A stretch of DNA of 64,000 nucleotides, from positions 44,086 through 108,085 of the IMG/VR virus record IMGVR_UViG_3300013132_000031; one strand, 5' to 3'. The first letter of the stretch is position 1; each line of letters opens with the position of its first letter. Shown here in pieces: positions 19,801-27,688 of this stretch. The position numbers and the translations under genes were made by a program. The notes beneath the pieces are model-generated. The model saw only the letters and a program-made list of their open reading frames with translations, did not search any database and had not been told where the DNA came from. Source of the stretch: a virus.

Positions 19801-21220
19801 CGAACACTCCGCCTACTATGCTGCCAAGTGCAGTGATTTTGCCTGCTGTGATAATGTTGCCACCAGTGACATTGGCCAAAGTAGTGATTGCGCTGACACT
19901 GTTTAGTGCTGACATCACATTGCCTGACAAGCTCAACGCCACAGCATTGACCGCGCCGCTGGTCAAGGTGCCTGTAATATTGGCCGAAGCAGCACTCACT
20001 GCACCTGCTGTGATGACATTACCACCAGTGACATTGCCTGTGACCACTGCACTCACAGCACTTACCGCACTGAGTGCTATGACATTGCCACCAATTACAT
20101 TGCCCACTGCACTGACATTGCCCGAAGCTTGGACTAGGCCTATGGCAGACAAGTTGGTGGCTGTGAGTCCGGTGTTGGCAAACACTGCCACATTGGGTGT
20201 GCCATTAACACTCACACTGATATTGCCGTTGGCACCATTGATCACAAGGTTGCTGTCGCCCAGTGCAAAAGATCCGCTGGACACATTGCTTATGCCTTGC
20301 ACTGCAAAAGATCCGCCCGCTGGATTGGTCAAAATAAGACTGTCTACGTTGGACGTGATTATTGAGTCGCCCAGTCTAATGGTACTGCCAGTCAACCAAA
20401 TGTTAGCCCACCGCTGAGTGCTGGATCCAAGACTGTACACATTGTTGGCTGCAGGCAGCACATTGCCTGCAAATGTAACGCTGGTTGTGGCAAACACTGC
20501 ACGGTTGCTGAGTCCACCCACACTCACTGCTATGTTGCCGCCTGGGGTCACAATGTTTACTGTGCTGTTGCCGCTGACCAGATTGGATGCTGTGGTCAAA
20601 ATTCCAGTCAACAATGAACCATTGCCAAGAAAATAATTGCCTACTACATTGCCTGTGGCACTTACAGAACCTGCAGTGACCAAATTACTACCGGTTATAT
20701 TACCTGAGGCAATCATTTGCCCACTGGTGCTGATATTGCCGCCAGTGACTGTGCCGCTGACACTGACTCCAGTGGTACTAAACACTGCCACGTTGCTGGT
20801 GCCAGCAACGCTGACAGTTACATTACCGTTGGCGCTGACAATTTTTACATTTGATGTACCTGAATTTATACTGCTACCAGCAGTGGTTACATTGGTAAGT
20901 CCAGCACCGTTGCCCACAAAATATTGGGCATAAACAGTGTCGATGCGTTGAGCAGGAGCGCCAATGTCATACACAGCGTCGATGCTGGGCATGATAGAAC
21001 TATTTGCTTGAATATTGCCAATTCCATTAGCTCGGAGTATCAGGTTGTTGTTGGTACCAGTGACTGTGATGGTATTACCGGTGATGACCACATTGCTATC
21101 CACTGGGCCCGCAGCGAATATTTGGGTGAAATTGTTATTGACAGCTTCAAAAGCTGTTCTTAATGGTTCACCAGTGCCATCGTTGGCAGCGGCGCCTACA
21201 TCTATTATATTTTGTGCCAT
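16811..21220 (-). CDS. Long beta-solenoid tail fibre with gp9/gp10-like baseplate-attachment N-terminus
   Basis: IDVGAAANDGTGEPLRTAF..VNNNF N-terminus; dozens of ~17-aa (S/T)ATGN(I/V)TGGN repeats. Confidence 0.8.
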   Translation of the reverse strand: MAQNIIDVGAAANDGTGEPLRTAFEAVNNNFTQIFAAGPVDSNVVITGNTITVTGTNNNLILRANGIGNIQANSSIMPSIDAVYDIGAPAQRIDTVYAQYFVGNGAGLTNVTTAGSSINSGTSNVKIVSANGNVTVSVAGTSNVAVFSTTGVSVSGTVTGGNISTSGQMIASGNITGSNLVTAGSVSATGNVVGNYFLGNGSLLTGILTTASNLVSGNSTVNIVTPGGNIAVSVGGLSNRAVFATTSVTFAGNVLPAANNVYSLGSSTQRWANIWLTGSTIRLGDSIITSNVDSLILTNPAGGSFAVQGISNVSSGSFALGDSNLVINGANGNISVSVNGTPNVAVFANTGLTATNLSAIGLVQASGNVSAVGNVIGGNVIALSAVSAVSAVVTGNVTGGNVITAGAVSAASANITGTLTSGAVNAVALSLSGNVMSALNSVSAITTLANVTGGNIITAGKITALGSIVGGVFVGDGSQLSGVVATNVGVLPSLSVTGNVTSGNLNSLGQISAVGNITGGNLQATGLSLSGNVLTPLNVTGNIVSNNLAVINDITGANNFVTNYIQANVLVVSVSLSASGNVIGGNVNSYAAVSATGNVTGGNVRTAGLITATGTITGGNVLTGGIISATGAITGANITGDNILTAGLISAAGNVTGGNVIAVSLVSAAAVSATGNVNSGNLRTAGLISAVGNIIGGNIQGGANVNAVTHTGFTVSVSGNISGSNVIAADTINAQFFTGTSTLMTGNVSGSNVNANLGIYAQSASVSGNVTGGNAVISGAVSAASMSATGALLAGNITTGGFVAAAGNVSGGNLITGAALSAAFGVVIGNIVGGNLITTGLVTATGNITGSNVIAISAVSAASMVATGNITGGNLITTGTIAVASISATGNITSANLVATDRVTAVGNVIGGNIITAGIVSATGNVAANAVNAANLSLTGNVLSVLNSTNNITTSADITGNNLIGNGTLVTNVTAVNVGVLSSISITGNTQSGNVRTAGQVSATGNITGGNLVAVLAVSSDSVSTATITATGNITGGNVSAVANVSAAIVNATGNVIGGNISTLGQITAAANVTGANFLTAGQVSATGNVTGGNIVTAGQVSVTGNVLTNGIISATGNIFSSGNIQAHTFIGNVTGSLTLTGANSQVLYNQLGSIGSGAGLVFDYAANALTIAGAITTTSGGDLTVAGKTTVTGNISTVIGNIDGGNILATTLLSSAGNIVGANLVTGGLITAVGNITGGNLNAASEVVATGNIVGGNIVTAGLITATGNVTGGNLVTAALMQSGTVSATGNITGGNIQTAGLVTATGNVTGGNIITSALVEGLTISATGNVIGGNVSTAGLITATGNITGGNINTAGSITATGNIVGSVINATSQLQGVAISVTGNITGGNVISNGAISATGNITGGNLRAAGLSLSGNVLSALNMTTNITTTGNITANNIAATTSINIAGAVAATVDDAIALSIALG

Positions 21221-21270
21221 GGATAAACAAGGTCCTCTGATGTATTTACCAAAAGGACTTGTTTGCTATT

Positions 21271-22737
21271 TTAGCCAATTCTTGTGTAGGTCAGGTAAGC
21301 ACCGCTTTGTATCGCTAGATCGTTGCTGGAAGTTTGAGCTTGAATGGTCACATTGGCATTGCCCACACTGTAAATGGTACCAGTTACTCTGGCAGCACGT
21401 GGCGTGGTACCAGTCATTGCTTGTGTAGCAGTTGCAGCGGCTGACACATTTGAAGTTGATGTAGAGAATGCACCTGTTTGTGTGGCCTGTGCTTCCACAG
21501 TGTAGTAACAGATACCAGCATCAAAATATGTGCTAAACGCAGTGGTAGTAGAACCAGCTGGCAGTATGGGCAAGTAAGCTTCAAATTTGTAACTTTGGCC
21601 TGCCAGCACAAAGAAGCCCAGACTGCCCACATTGGCCATGGATGCTGACGTCATGGTGGCTGTGGTATTTTGCCACACAATGTTTTCTGCACCAATGCCG
21701 CGACCACTGCTGAGTGTATTAACTATCAGTGTGTTTGTGTCAGTGATACCTGACACAGTGGCATTGCCTGTTACAACGTTGGCCACTGTGCTAAAACCTG
21801 ATCCAGCGTTGATTACCCCGTTGTTGGTGATATTGCCCACGGCACACATGATTCCATCGCTGTTGACATTGCCTCCGGTGACGTTGCCTGTGGCGCTGAT
21901 ACCTAATGCGCCGGCACTAACTGCACCAACACTGACGACATTGGCACCGGTGATATTGCCTGTGACTGTAGCCAAACCTCCAGTGATCAAATTGCCTCCA
22001 GTGATATTGCCAGTTACGCTGCTCAATCCTGAATTCAAAATATTGCCAGTGCTGACATTACCAATCACACTGGCATTGCCGCTGACAAAGGTATTTCCGC
22101 TCACCGCAAATGTGTGCAAAGGAGCAATATTGGCCACGCCCACATTGCCCACGCTGTCTACAGTGACCTTGGGCGATGCTGCTGCGCCGCCAGTGCTGGT
22201 AAAAATCTGTACCAGTGCATTGCCCAAAATACTGTTGGCTGTGCTTTTGATAGCTGATGTTACTCTAGCGCCAGATCCTGACAAATCGTTGGTGTACCAT
22301 TCAATGGCACCAATCACCGTGCCATCACTCACAGTGGTATCAGTGTCTTCAAATCTCAACAGTGGTGTGCTCGCACTGGCATCTCGACGTACCAAAAAAA
22401 CATTGCCAGTTACATTGCCTGTGGTATTGACATTGCCTGCATCCACGTTGCCAGTAAAGCCCACAGCGCCGGCAAAAGTTGTGCCAGTTGGGCTGACTAC
22501 CATGATATTGCTGACACCACCTGGATTGAATGTGATGTTACCGTTGATCACAGGAATTTCAACGCTGGTGGTACCATTAAAAATTTTGTCTGCGTTGATA
22601 TTGCCGGACAACACGGCATTTCCTGTGACTGTGAGATTGCCCACAATGTTGACGTTGGTGCTGCTGACAGTGACCAGGTCACCAGAATTTATGGTTTCTA
22701 TAGTATAGTCGCCGCTGACTCTTTTGACTGTTGACAT
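21271..22737 (-). CDS. Tail fibre-like protein with GNITGGN repeats
   Basis: Same repeat family; beta-sandwich-like C-terminus; late promoter upstream. Confidence 0.7.
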   Translation of the reverse strand: MSTVKRVSGDYTIETINSGDLVTVSSTNVNIVGNLTVTGNAVLSGNINADKIFNGTTSVEIPVINGNITFNPGGVSNIMVVSPTGTTFAGAVGFTGNVDAGNVNTTGNVTGNVFLVRRDASASTPLLRFEDTDTTVSDGTVIGAIEWYTNDLSGSGARVTSAIKSTANSILGNALVQIFTSTGGAAASPKVTVDSVGNVGVANIAPLHTFAVSGNTFVSGNASVIGNVSTGNILNSGLSSVTGNITGGNLITGGLATVTGNITGANVVSVGAVSAGALGISATGNVTGGNVNSDGIMCAVGNITNNGVINAGSGFSTVANVVTGNATVSGITDTNTLIVNTLSSGRGIGAENIVWQNTTATMTSASMANVGSLGFFVLAGQSYKFEAYLPILPAGSTTTAFSTYFDAGICYYTVEAQATQTGAFSTSTSNVSAAATATQAMTGTTPRAARVTGTIYSVGNANVTIQAQTSSNDLAIQSGAYLTYTRIG

Positions 22738-23325
22738 TTAAAGGTCCTTTGTGTTATTTATGCGGTTCAAAAAGTCTGCTATGGGCATGTGTCTTAGATT
22801 GGGCAATCCATTTAGCTCGTTTACTGTGGCTGTGGTTTCGCCCTGTACTCGATAAAAACTTATTTTGGGATGATCTTTTATCACCGTGGCCAACTGTCTG
22901 GCCCAGTTGCCAGTGTAGGTAGGCAAAGAATTGCTTTTTTTATAAAATTGTGTGTCAGCATACACATTGTTGAAACGATTGTTTTGTGCCGGTCCCATGT
23001 CAAATCCAATGAGATACACTGCTATGTTGCGGTCCAGTGCAGCGATCCCCACTGCAATAGGTCCTGAACTAAAACCAAAATAGCTTTGAGGAACAGTTTT
23101 GGCACCTAGTCCTGGCATGGGCCTGCGAGTGTACATGCGATTTTTTGTAGCGTAACCTGAATTTTGTATTTCTTGGCTGATTGCTTTGTCGGTGCTGACC
23201 AACACTGTGGGAGTGTGCTCACGATAAAGAGCGTTACAACCATACACAGGCCCAGTTGCTTGTAGTGTTTTGACATCTACTTCAAGTCTGCTGATGCCGT
23301 TGCCTAATACAAATCCAATACTCAT
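22738..23325 (-). CDS. Maf/DUF115/sialyltransferase-fold glycosyltransferase-like protein
   Basis: VLGNGISR, YGCNALYR, SSGPIA, YLIGFD motifs. Confidence 0.55.
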   Translation of the reverse strand: MSIGFVLGNGISRLEVDVKTLQATGPVYGCNALYREHTPTVLVSTDKAISQEIQNSGYATKNRMYTRRPMPGLGAKTVPQSYFGFSSGPIAVGIAALDRNIAVYLIGFDMGPAQNNRFNNVYADTQFYKKSNSLPTYTGNWARQLATVIKDHPKISFYRVQGETTATVNELNGLPNLRHMPIADFLNRINNTKDL

Positions 23326-23358
23326 AAAAAGTCCTCCCAGTATGTAGCTGGGAGGACT
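23326..23358 (-). terminator. Intrinsic terminator hairpin that also contains the SD of the next gene
   Basis: AGTCCTCCCAG-CTACATA-CTGGGAGGACT followed by TTTT-ATG. Confidence 0.75.
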
Positions 23359-23373
23359 CAGTTGCGTTACAAA

Positions 23374-24156
23374 TTAGGAAGTGACGTTATCAACAATAGC
23401 TAGATCCAGCAAGTTTTGTTGACCTGTTGATACACTGCCAGTGTTGGCAGAGCCTGTGGTTCCTGACTTGATCACTGTGCCTTCGTCAGTGAAGAAGTTG
23501 GTCACATATCGTTTGTCCGCAATCACTGAAGTGGCTGCATAGGTTGACCCGCCGGTCCAGTCCAACAAGAACTTGTTGGTCAGCTTGCTGACGGTGGTAG
23601 CGGTACTATCACCTGTGGTAAATGTGATGGCCATGAGTCCAGCAGCAGGTGTCACATCGTCATCCAGCACACACACGCCCACGCTGTTGGCTGTTCCTGA
23701 GCCTGCACCGCCCACTGAAGTGGCTGTGAATATGGTGCCCACACCAAAGTTGGCAGGTGCACCTGCGGCTGTCCAAGCCGTGGTACCCACAGATGTTATT
23801 TGATAGGCCTGACCTACCACAAATGAACCATCGTTAACACCAGTGACGTCACCTACCAAGTACTTGTGACTGCCTTTTTGGCGGATGATATAGCCCTGTG
23901 CCACACCAATGCCTGAACCATCAGGTGCAGCAATGTTGACTGTGACATCAACTCTGGGATTGGTTGCAGAAGGTGCATCAGTGGGTGCTGCACCGCCTAC
24001 CACACCCAGATATTCAGTGGTGTTGAGTGTGTTGGTAGTGTTGACTACTGGTGCTGTGAGTGACCCAAAGTTGGGAAAACCCAGATCCACGCTAACGCTG
24101 GCGCCACCGTTGCCTGATCCGGTTGAAGTTTTTTGTATTTTTAGAGGACGTCCCAT
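23374..24156 (-). CDS. Virion structural protein (unassigned)
   Basis: MGRPLK N-terminus, GYIIRQKGSHKYLV; strong SD, late promoter, own terminator. Confidence 0.65.
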   Translation of the reverse strand: MGRPLKIQKTSTGSGNGGASVSVDLGFPNFGSLTAPVVNTTNTLNTTEYLGVVGGAAPTDAPSATNPRVDVTVNIAAPDGSGIGVAQGYIIRQKGSHKYLVGDVTGVNDGSFVVGQAYQITSVGTTAWTAAGAPANFGVGTIFTATSVGGAGSGTANSVGVCVLDDDVTPAAGLMAITFTTGDSTATTVSKLTNKFLLDWTGGSTYAATSVIADKRYVTNFFTDEGTVIKSGTTGSANTGSVSTGQQNLLDLAIVDNVTS

Positions 24157-24163
24157 TTTGTTT

Positions 24164-24249
24164 CTCCTTAAAGAAGTCCGATCGGAGTTCTAGTCCGTAC
24201 GCGGTGGGTAGAACCGCATAAAACGCAGAATTGCGTTGACAAGTATTTA
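24164..24249 (-). ncRNA. Candidate structured 5' leader RNA (three hairpins, loop-loop pairing)
   Basis: Stems AACGCA/UGCGUU, UAUGCGG/CCGCGUA, CGGA/UCCG; loops UUCUA and UAGAA are complementary. Confidence 0.6.
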
Positions 24250-24296
24250 TGATTATCAGAAATAAAAGAGTGGCTTGGTAAAATTTTAAATACTAC

Positions 24297-25448
24297 ATGC
24301 ACCCAAACCAACTAATAGAACAAGGCAATCAATTTCGAGCAAATTGTCAACCACAACAGGCTTTGGCCTGTTATGCACAGGCTTTTGTGGCTGATCCTGA
24401 TTCGGCCGCTGCCTTTAACAATTATGGCAATGTCCTGCGTGAGTGTGGACAACCTGCCAGGGCCATACCATTTTTGCAACATGCCATGATACTTGAACCC
24501 AACAATGTAACTGCCAGATTCAATTTGGCTGTGTGTTATTTGATACAGGGAGACTATGCACAAGGATGGCCGGCCTATGAATCACGTTGGCAGTACGAAC
24601 ACCTAGCTGGTACACAACCGCAACACAGTCAACCACGCTGGACCGGTGAAAACCTCAAGGACAAAACCATTCTTGTGGTAGGTGAACAAGGTCACGGGGA
24701 CAACATACAGTTCTGTAGATTTTTGTACAATCTACATGTGTTGGGTGCTCGCATATTGCTACAAGTCACAGATGGATTGATTCCCATGCTCAGTGCCAGT
24801 CCCATACTTTCATGGGTAGGCGGGTACACTGAAGAAATTCCTGAAACGTTTGACTATTGGGTGTCTATCATGAGTTTGCCAGGTGTGTTGGGTATTCAGT
24901 TGCACAACTTGCCACCACAGGTACAGTATCTCAATCCTCCATTGAATCTCCATCAAGACTGGCTGAAACTGCTTGGACCAAAAACACGCATGCGGGTGGG
25001 ATTTTCATGGTCAGGTCGACGAGACGCTTGGTTGAACCAACACAAAGGCATGCCGTTTGATGTCATGCTGGACATTGTACGCCACAACCCGCAATACGAA
25101 TGGATCAGTCTACAAATAGACGCCACTGATGAAGAATCTCAAGCCTTGGCTGATGCTGGGGTAAACTTGTATCCTGGTTCTATTCAGAGTTTTGCAGACA
25201 CTGCTGCTTTGATAGCATGCACAGATGTTGTGATCAGTGTGGACACAGCCATTGCACATTTGTCAGCTGCGCTGGGACGACCCACATGGTTGATGTTGCA
25301 GTGGTTTGCCACAGACTGGCGTTGGATGCTGGATCGTGACTCAAGTCCGTGGTACAGTACCATGCGCATATTCCGTCAACCCAGCATGGGTGATTGGAAA
25401 TCAGTCACTCAAAAAATAGAACAGTATCTGGGTTGGTTCAAAGTGTAA
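24297..25448 (+). CDS. TPR-containing glycosyltransferase (GT9/heptosyltransferase-like C-terminus)
   Basis: N-terminal TPRs (AAAFNNYGNVL, ARFNLA), EQGHGDNIQF, VGFSWSG, DVVISVDTAIAHLSAALG, DWRW..SPWY. Confidence 0.9.
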   Translation: MHPNQLIEQGNQFRANCQPQQALACYAQAFVADPDSAAAFNNYGNVLRECGQPARAIPFLQHAMILEPNNVTARFNLAVCYLIQGDYAQGWPAYESRWQYEHLAGTQPQHSQPRWTGENLKDKTILVVGEQGHGDNIQFCRFLYNLHVLGARILLQVTDGLIPMLSASPILSWVGGYTEEIPETFDYWVSIMSLPGVLGIQLHNLPPQVQYLNPPLNLHQDWLKLLGPKTRMRVGFSWSGRRDAWLNQHKGMPFDVMLDIVRHNPQYEWISLQIDATDEESQALADAGVNLYPGSIQSFADTAALIACTDVVISVDTAIAHLSAALGRPTWLMLQWFATDWRWMLDRDSSPWYSTMRIFRQPSMGDWKSVTQKIEQYLGWFKV

Positions 25449-26295
25449 ACACTTGCATTTGCCCCATGATCTTGTTTCTAAATGCTTCGCTGTGAAAGTA
25501 CTGTTTGTTTTTTTCAATTCTAGGCAACAGACTATGATAGTCATTTAAAATAGTCCTGCCACGGATCCAGGCATCCACAAACTGTGCTATCTTGACAACT
25601 CTGGTCAATTGATCTGCCTCATTGTCCCAGGTGCGCCAGGGAACTACATCTTCAAACATGTCTAGTCCAATATCTTGCAAGAATTTGTTGACTCCAACAC
25701 AGCCCACAACAACAGGTATCTGCTGAGCCACAAAAGCCTTGCAGATTTTTTCACTCACATAAGACACGTCTGTAGAAGTTTCAGTCACAATGTTTACTGC
25801 ACACTGATTGTATACTTCATGTCCCACACCAACATCGTTGCGCTGTGGGTCTTCTAATTCTCCACGCAACAGCATGGGATATTGGTAAGCGTAAGACAAA
25901 GCATTATCTTCAGGTCCTACAAAACTGTAAATTATCCGGTTGATAATTCCCAGGCTATTTAACTCTGCCCACAACTGTGTTCTATGACTGCGACGCCTGT
26001 TGTTGAGGCACATGACTTCTTTGCTTTTTTTTGTGCCTGCATCAAAACACAAAACATCCCACCATTGCGGATTGCGTAACGAATACATCCATAACCAGAT
26101 AGGAAAGAACACATGTCCAGGCTGTGGATCATAATAACGCTCAAAGTTGTTGGTGAGGCAGGGACGTATATTTAGAACAACTTGTTTGTCTGGAAAAGGA
26201 TTGTGTGTGATGTCTAGTATTCTGTCAAAGTTGCTGTGTTGATCCAACAATTTTTGAGATTGAGATTGATTTTGTAAATCGTTGTCTGTGACCAC
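25438..26295 (-). CDS. Glycosyltransferase-like protein (paralog of 2164..3234); true start may be 26370
   Basis: CLNNRRRSHR, NIVTET...SEKICKAF..QIPVVVG...GLDMFEDVV. Confidence 0.55.
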   Translation of the reverse strand: MVTDNDLQNQSQSQKLLDQHSNFDRILDITHNPFPDKQVVLNIRPCLTNNFERYYDPQPGHVFFPIWLWMYSLRNPQWWDVLCFDAGTKKSKEVMCLNNRRRSHRTQLWAELNSLGIINRIIYSFVGPEDNALSYAYQYPMLLRGELEDPQRNDVGVGHEVYNQCAVNIVTETSTDVSYVSEKICKAFVAQQIPVVVGCVGVNKFLQDIGLDMFEDVVPWRTWDNEADQLTRVVKIAQFVDAWIRGRTILNDYHSLLPRIEKNKQYFHSEAFRNKIMGQMQVFTL

Positions 26296-26383
26296 TAACG
26301 TGTGCGGAGGGAACCATTGAGTCAGATACGTTCGACTGGTATAGTGTTGCTGTGGATTGAGATATTGAATAGTTGCCCCCGAC

Positions 26384-27025
26384 TCAATATTTTTTCTTCA
26401 TAAAATTTCTAATACGCTCCACGTCATCCACTGTTTCTGTTGTGGTGGCTGATCCTGTGGAAGGCTTGGGCTCAGCAGGTGCTGCTATGGTGGGAGTGGT
26501 ACTGGCTGTTGTGGCAGACCCTGTTGACGGCTTAGGTAGCTGTGCCGCAGGCGGAGCTGGCGGCGGGGTGGTTGATGGTATCATGGGCTTGCTTGGAGTC
26601 TGCAAAGGCTGTGCTGGTTGTGCCATTGGAGCTGGTTGTGCTGTTGGTCCGCGCTGCTGCGGAGTCAGCATCAACGTTGGCTGTATTGGTTGTGCCATCA
26701 GCCTGGGCTGTGCTGGTTGTGCTGTTGTAATAGGTTTCGTAGTGCCACCTATGCCAACTGCTGGCTGTGCTGGTTGTTGTGTTGGTTCTGGTTGTTGTGT
26801 TGGTTGTGGTGTTTGTCCAGGTGCTGGCTGTGCTGGTTGTTGTGTTGGTTCTGGTTGTTGTGTTGGTTGTGGTGTTTGTCCAGGTGCTGTATTGTTATCA
26901 GTTGCGGCATCTTGTGTAGCAGTGTCAGGTTGGTCTGACACGTCGTCGGTGGTAGTCCCCGGCATTACTGGGGGCTGGGCTTCGTTTATAATGTCAATGT
27001 ATTTTCTAAAAAATCTTGGATCCAT
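26384..27025 (-). CDS. Pro/Gln/Thr-rich low-complexity protein, probably head-internal
   Basis: MDPRFFRKYIDIINEA N-terminus, DDVERIRNFM C-terminus; late promoter and SD upstream. Confidence 0.7.
   Translation of the reverse strand: MDPRFFRKYIDIINEAQPPVMPGTTTDDVSDQPDTATQDAATDNNTAPGQTPQPTQQPEPTQQPAQPAPGQTPQPTQQPEPTQQPAQPAVGIGGTTKPITTAQPAQPRLMAQPIQPTLMLTPQQRGPTAQPAPMAQPAQPLQTPSKPMIPSTTPPPAPPAAQLPKPSTGSATTASTTPTIAAPAEPKPSTGSATTTETVDDVERIRNFMKKKY
26759..26889. repeat. 63-bp perfect tandem duplication (APGQTPQPTQQPEPTQQPAQP x2)
   Basis: Unit ctggctgtgctggttg...gtccaggtg at 26761 and 26824. Confidence 0.9.
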
Positions 27026-27076
27026 ATCCTGCTCCGACTCAGTTATTTAGCGGTACTGTTCAACAGTGGTAGCAAC

Positions 27077-27098
27077 AAAAAAGGGCCTTGCGGCCTTT
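27077..27098 (-). terminator. Intrinsic terminator
   Basis: AAAGGCC-GCAA-GGCCC-TTTTTT (GNRA loop). Confidence 0.85.
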
Positions 27099-27123
27099 GG
27101 TATCTCGTTTTGGAGTTGAAGAT

Positions 27124-27678
27124 CTAGCCAATATACCAGTTTGTACCGTCTGACCATACTGGAACAACATTGGCACCACCACTGCCAATCTGCGCACCAA
27201 AGTTGCCTGCTGCTGCCAAGTTGCCATCTGACACAAAGGCACGACCGCCAGATACTGTTGCGAGGTTGGCCAAGGGCACAGCAGGTGTGACAACACCCGT
27301 GGCAGTAATGGTGCCTGTGGCAGAGATACTGCCAGCAGTTAGTAGATTAGTTGCTGAGTTGAAGAACAAATCCACGTCGGCTCTTACTTCTTGTGCTGCG
27401 GACCTATTTTCAACAAAAGTTAAATAATAGTTGGTGTCTATGCCATTGGTGTTGGTCACATCAATGGTCACAGCATTGACGTTGTTTGATGAGATTGCCG
27501 TCAATGCACCCAGATTGTTGCCTATGTAAAGTGCAGGCGGATCTTGGGTCAAGTCTGCCACAATTTCGCCCGGTCTGGCATTGCCATTGTAGTTGGCCAA
27601 CGTCTCTTGAGCGTTGTCCTTCATCACCGCGCGGCTGATGCCGGTGATCGAGTCGTAGGGGGGAGGTGGATTGGCCAT
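27124..27678 (-). CDS. Virion structural protein (fibre/decoration-like)
   Basis: 184 aa; NYNGNARPGEI, C-terminal VPVWSDGTNWYIG; late promoter upstream. Confidence 0.65.
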   Translation of the reverse strand: MANPPPPYDSITGISRAVMKDNAQETLANYNGNARPGEIVADLTQDPPALYIGNNLGALTAISSNNVNAVTIDVTNTNGIDTNYYLTFVENRSAAQEVRADVDLFFNSATNLLTAGSISATGTITATGVVTPAVPLANLATVSGGRAFVSDGNLAAAGNFGAQIGSGGANVVPVWSDGTNWYIG

Positions 27679-27688
27679 GATTGTTTAT

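Noticed and set aside
13467-22708. Long plus-strand ORFs such as MLPPVMLPVAL... antisense to the fibre genes
   Set aside because: Mirror of the Gly/Asn/Thr/Ala repeat codons, which lack antisense stops; no SD or promoter support
13269-22737. Repeated ~51-nt units as a CRISPR array or DGR template/variable repeats
   Set aside because: Degenerate in-frame coding repeats without unique spacers; no cas or reverse transcriptase gene in the window
26373-27050. Cys/Trp-rich plus-strand ORFs resembling metallothionein or a RiPP precursor
   Set aside because: Antisense read-out of the CAA/CCA/ACA-rich P/Q/T gene, which has the promoter and SD
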